Translations under genes and position numbers: made by a program
Assembly (NCBI GenBank): GCA_964199315.1
Contig: OZ116702.1
Location: forward strand, 20,522,001-20,586,000
Direction: 5' to 3'
DNA length: 64,000 bases
Source: Orbicella franksi
Taxonomy: Eukaryota
The notes under the pieces: model-generated
What the model saw: only the letters and a program-made list of their open reading frames with translations
The model's database searches: none
What the model was told of the DNA's origin: nothing
Part shown: one piece after another, positions 33,776-46,422 of the stretch
How the letters are laid out: each line of letters begins with the position of its first letter
Numbering within the stretch: position 1 is the stretch's first letter

Positions 33776-36700
33776 ATGATTTACCAAGCCAACTCTTTCC
33801 GGATCGCCTTGGCTCTGCATTTAGTACTGTCATCGACCTGTAGTCAGCAATCAAGCCAAAGCGAAGCTTTCCAAGCAGGAGATCTCATCCTTGGTGGTTT
33901 GTTTCCTGTTCATTCGTATTGCCCGAGTTCTTGTCAAGACAAATGCGGTGATTTGCGATCACGGGATGTAGTTTATTTCACCGAGGCCATGATTTACGCC
34001 ATCGATCAAGTAAACAAGAATTCAAACATTCTTCCAGGAATAATTCTTGGATTTAAAATCCTCGATTATTGTTCAAAAGACGTCATAGCATTAGAAAAAG
34101 CGTCTTATTTTCTCCCTTCATGCTCGACCTCAAAACCACCGCCAATCGTCGGAGTTGTGGGACCATACTCAAGCAGTGTTGCTCTTCAGGTTTCCAATCT
34201 CCTCGGACTTTTTCAGGTGCCGCACATAAGCTACGGCGCTACCAGTCCTCTCCTCAGCGACAAAAACCGTTTCAAGTATTTTGTACGAACAGTACCGTCT
34301 GACGAGGTGCGCGCAAGGGCCCTCGTTGATCTTTTACTTTTAAACGGCACAAAATATGTGTCTGTCGTTTATTCGGACGATGAATTTGGCAGAGAAGGAA
34401 GTAAATACTTCACACAACAGGCAAACAATCGCGGCATCTGCATTGGTACAATAAAGGCACTTCCACAAGGTGATGCAGTGTTAACTTTTGATGAAGTAGT
34501 GAAGGATATAAGTCAAAAAACGAATGCCAAAGTTATCGTCCTCTTTTGTTCCAAAAGTGATATAAGTTTACTTTTTAATGCAGTAAAAGAGCTCGGAAAA
34601 CAGAGCGTCTTTCGATGGCTTGTCGGAGGTGATTCGGCTGAAATGTCGGTTTATTTAACTGGAAACGAAGACATGGCGAATTATATGGTGTTATGCTCTC
34701 CTCAGAATGAAAAGGCGACACATTTTGAAAAATGGAGAGACGAAAATAACGGAAGTCGCAATCCATGGATTTCAGAAATGAAGCAGCAAAGGAACAGGTC
34801 AAAATATCGTTCAGAAAATCCCCTTGATACCTTTATTAAACGAGAAATATTTTATGCAGATATGTACATTCAAAGCGTGATTAACTCCGTGTACACTTTT
34901 GTTAACGCACTGGACAAAATCTTCAAACTCTCTTGCAAAAATTCTTCAAATACTATATCGTGCTTGCAAGAACAATCACAACAGCGAAAAGCTTTGCTTG
35001 ACACTATTCTTGATGTAAAGTTTGAGACTCTAACCGGAAGGCAAATTGAATTTGACGAAAATGGAGATATTTCAGCAGAATATGACTTGTTAAGACCACA
35101 GAAAGATGCCTCTGGAAAAACGTGGAGGCTCGTAACGTTAGGTCACTGGGGTCTTGAGAGAAATGGTTCAGGTCCTGCTAGGATGAAGCTATTTCAGCAC
35201 ACCAACATACTGCCCCGTACATTCTGCAGTCGTCCCTGTAAAAGAGGAGAAAGAAAAATTACCATCGAGCCTTGCTGTTGGAAATGTGATCCGTGTAAAC
35301 CCAATGACGTCACGAATAGCCAGCAAACAGGATGTACGCCATGTGCCCGAGGTTTTGTGGTGAGCTTGAATTAAGTTATGTGAATGAAAGCAAGTTAAAA
35401 TGAATAGTTGTATTTATTTTGTCATTGGTTTCAATGAGTTGACCCGGAATTATATCATTTACCTTAATTTTTACCATTTATTCTATTATTTACTCCGCGC
35501 CCGGAAAGGCTTGCCATTAAAATTGTCACGGCTTCATTTTGATCCAGTACTCGATGTTAGCTGTTTTCAGGGGCGGATCCAGAAAATTCAGAAGAGGGGG
35601 CCGAGTCTCTCACCCTTCCTCCCCCGAATGAAAACTTCACTTTTCAGGAGATATGCAGCATACATGATTGTGGGTGTATTCGGGATGCAAAGTAAAGTAA
35701 CGTTAACGTTTCGGAAGATAGAATTAAAGAGCATTTTATAAAAACGATTTTCAAAGCAAAATCGTAGTGTTAGTGGTAGGCGAACTGTTAACAGAGTCAT
35801 TGCATTGCATTTATACATCCAGTATTAATCGAAATAAATCACTGCAGTGGTTTGATAAATGTCATCCTTTTCTGGTTTCGTTTGGCGTACTCGTCAACAG
35901 CTGCATTATAATTTAAAGGTATGTCTTTGTGAATAAAGAGCAACAACAGTGCATTTAGACGTTCTTCTCCCATGGTGCTGTGATAAACATTCTTCACAAA
36001 GCGCAGTGAAGAGTTGTTATGTTCAACAGTTGCACTTGTGACTGGGGTGATTAACAGGAGGCGCAGAATTGTATGGACATTGGGGTAGAGGCTTGACCTG
36101 CAGGCTTTCAATCTCTTGTAGTGTCGTGAATTTTACGGTAGCGTTGTTCCTAAAAATAAAAGCAAGAATTAACATATATTTCAAGACAAGGTATAATCGG
36201 TTTTTTCAGCTTATCACAGTTTCATATAAACTTGGTAACCCATGTATAGTATTAACGCAGAATAACATACCAGAAGCACTTCCGCACTGCTTGGGGACGG
36301 CAGATCAGGGGAATAATGCTGAATAAGTTTCTCTTGAGAAGACTCGTTAAGCTGCTGTAAGTTGGCAGGTATCAGTAGCAGTCCAAGCAATGCCGCTTCT
36401 GATCGTCCATTAAAGCGGGTATTTATTTACTCCAACAAGTTGTCAAGGAAAGGAAGAAATATTGCCCGTCGAAAGTAGGCGACTGGTGTCCTGGCATTAC
36501 CGGGTGTTGTTTCTTAATGTCTGCCTACCAAAAGTTCGAGGGATGCTTACCTTGACGTTTGCCTTCTTAGCCATCTTCTTGATCTTTTCATACACAGAAC
36601 TTGCAAATGTTGTTTTAGCATTCTTGCGCATACCTTTCAGCTGTTCCTTCACAACGTTAACATGCTTGCTGCCTCAATAACATTCAGTGTGGAACCCTGT

Positions 36701-39700
36701 AACGAACGGCTGAGTCCTACAGTGAAACGTTCCAGAAGGGAAACGTTACTTATCATAAAGACAGCGAATGATAATCAAACTTGCTCTTTAAAACTCGCTT
36801 TCACCTGGCACAAGTAGAAACAACTGATCCATTTTTATAACATCGTCAGCAAACTGTTATTGCTGTAATGATTCTAATCGTTTCTGTCAGAATTTTCTAT
36901 CGAGAAATCAACTCAGGATTATAAATCAATTTACGCAAAACCCTTTGCGACAAATCATTACATTGAGTGCTTAATATAAGCTAAAGTTTAATATTTTTAC
37001 TTCATTTGCCTTTTTGCTGGGGCGGATGATCACCAAACAAAGTCTCCAAGGCAGATACAGATCTAAAAAAAAACCATTACGTTTAACTTAGGTCAAATAA
37101 GTAACGTACTCACCTGGTTCACGATGAAATGTAAACAGTGTCTTCTTTGCTTTCCTCGAAAACTTCAGAAAAATATTTCACTCTTCAGCAGTGCAGCAAG
37201 GGACACGGCGTGACAATATTCGTGTCCGGTGTTACTCGTCATTTCAAACCGAAAGAAACGCATGTTACATTTGGCGTTAACAATGAGCGCGAATTTTAAT
37301 TTTTGGGTTAAGTTTGTTTGAATATTTGATAATATATTATAATTGTTAACACAAAATATATTTTAACTAAGGAAAGCTCCGAAATTGAATAAAATTGGAA
37401 CCTGATTGTATAATTATAACAACACTCAAAGGACGGTTTTGAAAATACAAGAAAATACAAGAAAAGAAAGGGGGGGCCGCGGCCCCCTCAGCCCCTCCCC
37501 TAAATCCGCCTATGGTTTTGTTTTAGGTTTTGGTTTGCTTTTTTTTTTTTTTTTCTTTGGACCGATTTCACTTTTTGCGCATTGTAGAAACCAAATGAAA
37601 ATCTTACTTTCTGCTGTCCGTAGTACCTTAACTGCAACCAGGGTATCGGCCTTTTCTCTTTGTTGCAGAAAGTCTTTGATAAACGAAAAATCTCATATCA
37701 GCAACTTTTCCTGGCAAGGATTTTGTCGCAACAAATACGTTAGAGCTTACAATATTCACATTTACTGAAATTGATCTTCTGCCAATTTCATGATGTCATT
37801 AGTTTTTCATTCAAGTTCTTCAGATCTCAAAATTATTTATACGACTGAAAATCTAAAAGTTAAAAATCTGGGAAGATATCCTTGTTCGTGACAGGCTAGA
37901 AACACCCTCATCCAGGACGTCACAAACAGGCCACGTTCGAACATCAATATTCTAACATGGCTTTCAGGACAAAATTTGCGAATGTTCTAAGTTTCTTTCG
38001 TCCATCAATTCCCAAAAGAAACTTGGATACAAAGGAAACACAACCAATTTAGAAGTTTGTCTTGAAAGCCTGAGCCATGTTAGAACATTTATATATTTGA
38101 GCACTCGGCCAGTTTCAAATAATTGTTCTGGTTCCGAAACAAAGCATTGAATCAAGACCAAATTTGCGTAGCGATAAAACGTTTTTGTCCGATTTAAAGT
38201 TTAGTTGTTTGCTAGAAATTTGATAATGTAAGACACGACATACCCACTAATTCTCTCACTCGCCCTCATCATATCAGGAGGGAAAAAGGCTTTGATTTAT
38301 TTGTTTACCTTTTATTTTTTTAGCCAGATGTCAACAAAACAAAATGCCTGCCTCAACCTGTTGCCAATGTGGACCCGTCGCCATCTTTCATCCTGGTTAC
38401 CTTGTTGTTCTCAGCGGCTGGACTCGTCTGTACGTTGTTAACTCTGATCGTGTTTGTCACTCTGAAGAATCATCCGGTCATCAAAGCGTCCAGTCGCGGA
38501 CTTAGTTGTGTTTTATTGGTGGGAATAATGGTATCTTATGGCGAAAATTTCTTAGATCTCATAGCACCAGGTAATTTCTGCACACACGGGAAAAAAGTCG
38601 AAAAGCCTTAAACAACACAGGAACAAATAAATGCTATTGTGAGCTCATGATTTAAGTATAAGATGTAGGCTAGGGAACTCGCCGAGCCCGTAATATACAC
38701 AACATCATGGTTGGTACGTATTAACTGTTAACAAAGTCAAAAGAGAGCATAGCACCTTTTGTCCCGATGGTGACTCCCAAATGATATCGTTGAAAATATA
38801 ACTGTTATTTCTTCATACAGATAAACGCGTGTGTAGCATGAGAGGGTATACCTGTCTTGGCCACGTAACTTGTTATGCTGTGATGTTTTCGAAAACCTTG
38901 AGAGTGAATCGTCTATTTAACTCTTCCCTCCGTGAAACTATGAATCCAACATTTGTCAGCACGCGATCGCAGCTACTGGTGATTGGTTTCATCTTAGGAC
39001 TAAGTATAGTTTTCTCGACAATTTGGGGTTTTTTCACGTAAGTATCTGTATTGTCTACATATTACGGTGGTTTAATTTCACTTGGCACTTCACTTACATC
39101 TTACAGCGATTTTCACTTGAGTGTAGAAAGCAATTCGCATTTGATTTGGTTTTACATTGCTACGCTAAACGATTGACATCCAATCAGAAGTGAACCAAAA
39201 CATGAGAAACTGCCATTTCACTCGCACACGTTTCCTGCGTCTTGTGTCCGCCACATGAGTGTATTTGCTTCGATTTTGATTGGTTCTTTGGATTGTTTGT
39301 GTACTTTGTAATTAGCCAGATTTCTTTGGTTTTGGTTATACGATACTCAGATGAAAACCTCTCCATACTGATACAGTTTTGACTCTTGATTTTGTTTTAG
39401 ATACCAAGACAGTGTATTGAGAATCTACACACCAGAACAAGTCGTCGTGCAGTGCAGTGTTACAGATTTGTGTGTGTTGATCACAAATTCATTTTATCTC
39501 ACCCTACTTGTTTTGTGTGCTGTCTACACATTCAAAACCCGCAAACTTCCAAAGCAGTTTCGAGAAACTAAAGGTTTAGCTTTCACAATTTATTTAGCTG
39601 CCACATTGCATCTCATTGTCTTATCCATTGTTTGCACCATGGACGAGCAGAATTTGGTTCGAGGAAGAGCGGTCAAGTTAAGTCATCCGCTGGCGGCCTC

Positions 39701-40112
39701 GGTTGTGCTTTTCCCAATTTTCTTACCGAAATTGCACAGTGTAATTTGTCGTAAAGAAAAGATGGTAAATAAGATAGAGAGAAGCAAATATTTATCTGGA
39801 AATGTTGTTACGGATGGTTGCTTGTTACGAATGAGTCAATCAACTCCAGATCTTCTCCGCCGACGACTTGATAGTGCCACCAACAATCTTCATTTAGAAG
39901 GGTTACCTGGTAATTCAAACCGAAGCCATGCTGAATCATTAGCGACACTCGTCGAAGATTCCCGTACAACATCTATCGATACATTACGAAGTAACATTGG
40001 CATGCTGGACCGAAGTATATCAGCAAATGAACTGAACAAAAGGGTAGAAAGAAGTGATCGTTCATTGTTGGAAAATTACGCCAATCATTCCATCTATTCG
40101 ACTTGGTTATAA
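33776..40112 (+). CDS. Class C GPCR, metabotropic glutamate/CaSR-like (~919 aa)
   Basis: Exons 33776-35359, 38324-38570, 38821-39037, 39401-40112 join in frame. Signal peptide; Venus flytrap motifs (GDLILGGLFPVH, VVGPYSSSVA, ISYGATSPLLSDK, FVRTVPSD); 9-Cys NCD3G domain; 7TM with KTLRVNRLF, KTRKLP and FLPK. Confidence 0.92.
35568..37514 (-). mobile_element. Degenerate hAT transposon (THAP12/PRKRIR-type transposase remnant) in GPCR intron 1
   Basis: Minus ORF 36111-35839 resembles the hAT C-terminal dimerisation domain (YPNVHTILRLLLITPVTSATVE...STMGEERLNALLLL). Upstream frameshifted segment reads GRQTLRNN...YFRRAIFLPFLD. Imperfect termini caggggcggatc / aatccgcctatg; no matching TSD, so boundaries are uncertain. 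Confidence 0.65.
39102..39365. mobile_element. Old MITE in GPCR intron 3
   Basis: Degenerate TIRs tacagcgattttcacttgagtgt / atactcagatgaaaacctctcca. Confidence 0.45.
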
Positions 40113-40359
40113 GTTGCATATCAAAGAGGTTCAAAACTGACTGCCACAAATTTGTATGAGTATACAGCCATGAGTCCTCTCACAACAAACCACACTAATG
40201 GAGTAAGAACAATTAATTTATCTATATTTTTTATTTATTTTGGTGTTTTGAAACAAGAAAGTGGACTTACTAGGCATATTTATCTACTAAAACATCATTT
40301 TCTTTATTTGCATACGGGAAGTATTGATAGAGATAGAGTTACCAGTTCTAAGAATATAA

Positions 40360-40542
40360 GGATGCGTTCCTTTGGGGTGATCAGGATCAGGATCAGTGAT
40401 CCAAGATCACTCAGATCATGGTGCATCTAAGGAATCAACGAATCCACTCTGGTCACGGATTCATCGGTTCTTTTGATGAACTACGATCCGAGTGATTTTG
40501 GATCACTGATCCTGATCCAGATCACCCCAAAGGAACGCACCC
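40360..40542. mobile_element. Tourist/Harbinger-type palindromic MITE
   Basis: Near-perfect foldback (ggatgcgttcctttggggtgatc... / ...gatcaccccaaaggaacgcaccc) with TAA at 40357-40359 and 40543-40545. Confidence 0.85.
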
Positions 40543-41533
40543 TAAGAATACGAAAATTCAGCGGCTGCTACTCCAGTGCTCTAGTGCGTCTGACGTTTGA
40601 GCTTTGACAAACGCCTCAGAAACAAGGACTGCTTTTTATATTTCATATATCAGACTTGTTGTACTCAGCTTACAAAGAACCTTGATAGAGTTGTCGCTAT
40701 CGTGCTATAGACCTCATCAATTATGAAGTTTATTTAACCAATAAAAAAGAGTGTCTTTAAAACACGTGGATTTGTCTGCGAGGGACGTACGTTTCAGAGA
40801 AGTTTGAGGTTATCTGGATCAAGACAAGATGACGGGCAAGAAGAGAAAGGGAGGAAATACCTTAGAGAAAAGCACAATATCTCACTAAACTATATTGCCT
40901 TCGTCTGGGGTCTGATCGACAAAGGAATTTTAAATATAAAGTGGATTCCCGATTTCTCGAGTCCGCCGGTTCGATTTTTCAGACTTCCAGACAACTCGAA
41001 CCAAAGGTCGTTTCCCTCCCTTCTGTCAAACGTTCTGATTTTCGTTTCCTTTGGAGACTCGAAAAATCAGGGAACTTCATTGCATTCGGTGATGTTTAGA
41101 CCAAGCTTCGCTACAGTTTAGTCACTGTTTATTACACTCGCCATTTCTATTCGTTTAGCGACTATTGTCTATAAGAATCATCTGCTATAGCATGAAACAC
41201 CATAGACTTAAGAGATTGTAATAGCGATTAATATACCAGAATGAGGAATTTAGCCCTTAATTCTAGCAAGCTTTCATACATTAGCTACAGGTCAAATTTA
41301 GCTTGGCAAATTTATGTTCACTGAGACAAAACAAAATGAATATATTTTTATCGATTTTTCAGCATATTACCTATGGCAACCAGTTAAATGTACAATTCTG
41401 AAAACGCTGAAAGAAACTGAACGAATTGAATATTTCAAGTAGATTTAACTATGCTATTCAGTTAAAAAGCACACTCCGATATTGGATGAAGTCTAATTTC
41501 CTGAATATTCTCCAGTTCTCGCAGCTCAGCTAA

Positions 41534-41772
41534 AAGAGCTCAGTCACGGTATTTTGAGTTATTTTGGCCACATACAAAATTACCTCTAAATGGTAGGAAA
41601 CCTGAAAATAACAGTTTAATAAGATAGAAAAACACCAATTGAAAGAGATAATGATAAACCATAAAGGAACAAGGATGGCTAAGGATGGAGAAGATTGACA
41701 CGGATTACAAACAACGAATTTGAAAAATTGAGGCTAAACTCTTCAATATGCGCAAACCGTGACTGAGCTCCT
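41534..41772. mobile_element. Kolobok-type MITE
   Basis: TIR aagagctcagtcacgg / ccgtgactgagctcct, flanked by ctaa and ttaa. Confidence 0.65.
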
Positions 41773-42616
41773 TTAATTTCGACTAAGTTGTTTAGTTCTA
41801 TATATCTCCACATTGTTTAGTCGTCTTGTCAAGAACTCGTGATATTTAATTTCCTACTGAGGTCGCCATTCTCTCCAAAGTTTCCTTTTGTCAATACAAG
41901 AAGAGCCTTTGTTTATTGGTTGGCTTGTAGGCCAGGTTCGTAATGTAACGGCCAGCTCCTTCATAACCAACATTTTAAATGGTCTTCCATTTTTCCTGAA
42001 AACGCTTCTTGTTGTCTTTCTCTGATAAAACGAGCGTCTTCGAACGTGTTGGAGCTGGGTTTGTTCCTTGGTCAGCTGATAGTCACTCAAAACGTAGCCC
42101 ATTCGTCTATTGTAATCTTTCCTCTAAAGCAACAACATATTCACTGAAACTGGCGAAATTTCACGAACAAACCAAAATTAATTTCACTAAGAAGATTCAT
42201 CTTAACGTAGAAAAAAAATTTGGAAAGGCATCGTGTAAAATGAACCTAAGAGGCTATTTCATTCATTTTTCAAATTCACCAAAGTTCAAAAACACCCCAC
42301 CTTTCCTTCTTACACATATATCCACAATTGAAGTAAAAATAAAGTAACTGTTAAAGTCGTACCTCAGTAACACACCTTTGATACTCAGACGAGAAAAGTC
42401 AAAACGTATTTTCAGTCGCTTTTAGTGGCAGTGTTGGTCCTTGGCGAAAATCGAATGTATTTCCTTGATCGTTTCATTCACTTATAATTAGTCCCAAATG
42501 TGCTATTACAACAGATATTGACTCCTGACATGATTTTATACCGTTGAATAGTGCAATTATTCCAGCTTGGTTCCTGGGGTGATAAAAACAATAGTTCTTC
42601 TTTGAAACCCTTGGCC

Positions 42617-42746
42617 NNNNNNNNNNNNNNNNNNNNNNNNNNNNNNNNNNNNNNNNNNNNNNNNNNNNNNNNNNNNNNNNNNNNNNNNNNNNNNNNNNNN
42701 NNNNNNNNNNNNNNNNNNNNNNNNNNNNNNNNNNNNNNNNNNNNNN
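42617..42746. other. Assembly gap (130 N)
   Basis: Run of N. Confidence 1.
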
Positions 42747-43726
42747 TTTATTTAAGTGTCAAAGTGTTTAGCTGATATTATTTAATTGTGGACACTAAAA
42801 GAACATTCCAAATAGAAAATGAAAAAATTGAAATAGGGATGCAACTAATGTTAATAGTCTGTTTTAAAATTTACAATTTTGATTGTTGTTTTTTTAAGAA
42901 TATTCACAAATTTATTATTTTTTTTACAAGGTAATAAAATTCAGTTGTAAACGTGGTTAAGAGATAAATAAGCTACAATTGATTCACGTGCCCTCAATAA
43001 AATGAGTCAGGTCTTTCTTTCTAAGGCTCTTTTTTTAATTTTTCCTACCGCTGGCCTCAAGTTACAATTTGTTCTTGTCACTAAGGCTAAAATTCAGTTA
43101 AACTGTTAGACAAAAAAAATTGAATGAACATTAGCACCGCAAATAATAATTTAAACAAATCAAGACTAGAGTGATAAATTGAGCTATTAAGGCTCAACTG
43201 CAGTCATTTTGAGTCTACATAGACAGCTTTAGAATTTCATTTGCAAAAATAGTTTAAATTAATTACAAAGGGATCGGAACGGCTCTTATTCAAGTTGAAC
43301 CACAAAAATGCCGGTTAAAAATTCGGCTATCGAGCAAGTACATATTGGTTTTTGACTTGAAAATCTTTTAATTTCCTCAAGATTATCGATTCTCTTGCGT
43401 TTTTTTCTTCAATTAAGACAAGTGTAACCTGTCAAAGTTGTTGTATGTCAAAAGAGGCCCTGTTTGCCTTCAAGAAAACAAACTTAATTGGAGAGCAAAT
43501 GGCTCAAAAACCTCTTTGAAAAGTTTCCCAATAAAATTAGAGGATTGTTCGGCTTTCGAAATGCGAGCTCTCCGGGAGGAAAACTCGGAAATTTTAAGGG
43601 AGAGGAAACTCAAATAGAACGGAAATTCCTTGTAAGATATTCTTGACAATCTGGGTATACGTATACCTAACAAGGATGTCCTGATGCAAAGCTATATTTA
43701 GCCTTTTGGTCCATATACAGATACAA

Positions 43727-44049
43727 TACAAGTGAATATATGAAAGATCACATGTTTGAACTGCAGAGAAAGATATGAAGACATGAAAGATCGCCACAGT
43801 TGTACACACAATTTGTTTCAGTTGTGAAATTAAGGCCTGAAAAAATTCCAGGCTTGAACGGGATTCGAACCCATGCCCTCTGCGACACGGTGCAGTGCTC
43901 TTCTAACTGAGCTATCAAGCCAACTGGAGCTGGTCACATTGTGAGTTCGTAATGTACCCGTAGATGGTGAAGAATACAAGTGATGATGTCACCATCTACG
44001 GGTATATTACGAACTCACAATGTGACCAGCTCCCAACTGGCTTGATAGC
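43727..44049 (-). mobile_element. tRNA-cored repeat, copy B, with 60-bp inverted duplication
   Basis: Full monomer on - (43727-~43982, tRNA-like core 43851-43921), then an inverted copy of 43911-43970 at 43989-44049. Confidence 0.8.
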
Positions 44050-44514
44050 CATCTGGGAGGAATTCCGAGACAGACCAGGAATTCCGAGACGGACCAGGCA
44101 AGAGTCTCAACTTCGATTATTGGCACCGGCCGGCCGACAATTTTTAGCAGAATGCAATGTGTCAAGATTTCATCAATCAATAATTTTAAACCGTGAAGAA
44201 GAGTAAGAGTAGCAAGTCACAGGACTAACATTAAGGTAAGAGAAACAATTCACACGTACGTTTCTTCCGGATAATAAAGACTTTTATTATTATATTAGCC
44301 ACGAAGAGTGTCCGCCTTGAAGTTTACCTTTAATATTCTGATCGCTTATTTGATACTTTTATTGACCTTAGTTACATCACCTTGGTTCAAAGGCAATGAG
44401 CAACTTGCACCATTTCCCTTACAACTGATATTGAAAATAAAAGGAAGTTGTTTAATAGAATAATCAGTGACAACTGGTCAAGTTCAGGTCTCAGAAACTC
44501 CGCTTCATCTCTCA

Positions 44515-46422
44515 TTATTTCACCTCTTTCTTGGCTAGTGACATACAAATTGGCACTAAAGGAGAACTGTATGACGGCAAAACCATTTTCTTTACTTGCA
44601 GCGATCCCCCAGTAGTGTTTTTTGATGGGATGTAAACAATTCCACGTTGGCTGAAATCGAAAATTTCATCTTCACTGTAGCTGGAATAATCATCCTCATC
44701 TGTGAGGAAGGGTATGGTGTCTGCTTCAGATGGAAGAGTCTCGTACTCTGATGACGGCTGAATCATCACGAACAACAGGCACGTCAATACACTGACAAGA
44801 CCAAACAGACGGAAGGTTACATTGGTGTCATAACCCTGGATTAAGATCCCACCAATTATCCCTCCGAGGCTTCCTCCTACCCCTAGATACAAACCCTGGA
44901 GTAGAAATAACCCTGTGGGAAAGGTAGATCTCGGAGTGTAGTTGGTGATGTACAAGAGAAATGCTGACCAGGCAGTGGAATGGGAGATTCCTTGCAGAAG
45001 CTCAACCGGTGGGGTAACCCACGCGGAATCTGGGGTGCTCAGCCACGAGTAGATCAGAAATCGTAGGGCATACGAGGCAAGGCCGAGATAAACCATTCCG
45101 ATATACCCCATGTACATCATCAGTATCGGAGCTGACAGGGACATAATGGTGTCGGAGAGATACTGACTGACCACCGTCAAGCCTACCACGAGATCTGAGC
45201 CACCTATATCCACGATATTCCAGTAAACAAAGTTGAACAGGACCCCCCGGAGAATACCCATGATAAGTACTATGAATAAAAACATGACGTTGCCCACTGG
45301 TATCAATTGCCCCAGTGATTCTTTTATTTCGAAGCTGCGACGGCGCCTTCTGTATGTGAAATCAAATTTGATTGAGATCACTAGGGCTACGGCCATGAGC
45401 AGTGAGAAGATTATGAAGGCGATATGGTAATTGGCGTATTCGACGTCACAGATTGTTATTTTAGGTGCGAAACGGAGCGTTAAACCTGTAGCAAAAGCTA
45501 TGAGTCCAATACCAATAGAACTGTAGATATTGTTGTTAATAACATTTTGATATAGGACCCCCAAGTGTTCCAAGAAAGTTCCGTCAAAATGAGTGTTGAG
45601 ATCATCTGTTGGCGACTGAAAGATTTCACTGGCGAATACAATAAACAGCAACTCGGTGAATATTGTATCAGAATAAGGGTTCTTTCTCTTGTTGTAGTAT
45701 GGCGCACCTCGTGATTTAAAATCAAATGGTTTTCGTTGACTTTTTGCTGCGTTGTTGCTCGTCACAACTTCCAATTTCATTCCCGATAAACTAAAACTAT
45801 TGACAAATGACCTTTTTAAAGCAGCAAATCGTAAATGGCTTGATGAGGATCTACTTTTCACGTAAGTATGTCCAACGTCTCTTTTGGATGCCCTTCCATG
45901 TAACCTTTGTCCTTGGAAATTGCGACCGTTTTGTTCGTGTTCTGGCAGATCGTTAGGTTCCTCAAACGAAACTAGTCGATAGTTTACAAGCGAAATATTC
46001 TTTAGCTCTCTCTTTTCAAGATCTGTCAAGGAATCTTCATCTGTAAGGCTAAGTTCCGAACTGGTGTTATTTCCTTGATTGGGACACTGATCACTTGCAA
46101 ACGAATGTGGCACAAGCAAGAGTGGAACAGTGAAAGCAATCCAGCTCACCAGCGAGAAAACAAGTATAATTTTTCTTATCTTATACTTATTGGACACAAA
46201 GCTCCATATTGGAGCACAGAGTAAGGCGATGAGGGGCCGAATTCCTCCGAGGATTCCGATTTGCCATGGGTCCATTCCAACAGCTCGGTAGTACAAGTTC
46301 AGAAACGGGAAAAGAGATCCCAGTGCGCCATAGAAAAAGTAATAATATGCAGTGGGTAGCCATGTTTTCAATTGTGCCTTGTTTACTTTCCAGTGTCCGC
46401 CTTTTAGAATTTTCCCCATCAT
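44515..46422 (-). CDS. MFSD6: MFSD6-like major facilitator transporter (635 aa, single coding exon)
   Basis: N-terminus YYFFYGALGSLFPFLNLYYRAVGMDPWQIGILGGIRP, a long loop after TM3, and C-terminal helices with VELLQGISHSTAW and LQGLYLGVGGSLGGIIGG are typical of the MFSD6 (MFS_1_like) family. Family-level call, not proven orthology. Confidence 0.85.
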   Translation of the reverse strand: MMGKILKGGHWKVNKAQLKTWLPTAYYYFFYGALGSLFPFLNLYYRAVGMDPWQIGILGGIRPLIALLCAPIWSFVSNKYKIRKIILVFSLVSWIAFTVPLLLVPHSFASDQCPNQGNNTSSELSLTDEDSLTDLEKRELKNISLVNYRLVSFEEPNDLPEHEQNGRNFQGQRLHGRASKRDVGHTYVKSRSSSSHLRFAALKRSFVNSFSLSGMKLEVVTSNNAAKSQRKPFDFKSRGAPYYNKRKNPYSDTIFTELLFIVFASEIFQSPTDDLNTHFDGTFLEHLGVLYQNVINNNIYSSIGIGLIAFATGLTLRFAPKITICDVEYANYHIAFIIFSLLMAVALVISIKFDFTYRRRRRSFEIKESLGQLIPVGNVMFLFIVLIMGILRGVLFNFVYWNIVDIGGSDLVVGLTVVSQYLSDTIMSLSAPILMMYMGYIGMVYLGLASYALRFLIYSWLSTPDSAWVTPPVELLQGISHSTAWSAFLLYITNYTPRSTFPTGLFLLQGLYLGVGGSLGGIIGGILIQGYDTNVTFRLFGLVSVLTCLLFVMIQPSSEYETLPSEADTIPFLTDEDDYSSYSEDEIFDFSQRGIVYIPSKNTTGGSLQVKKMVLPSYSSPLVPICMSLAKKEVK

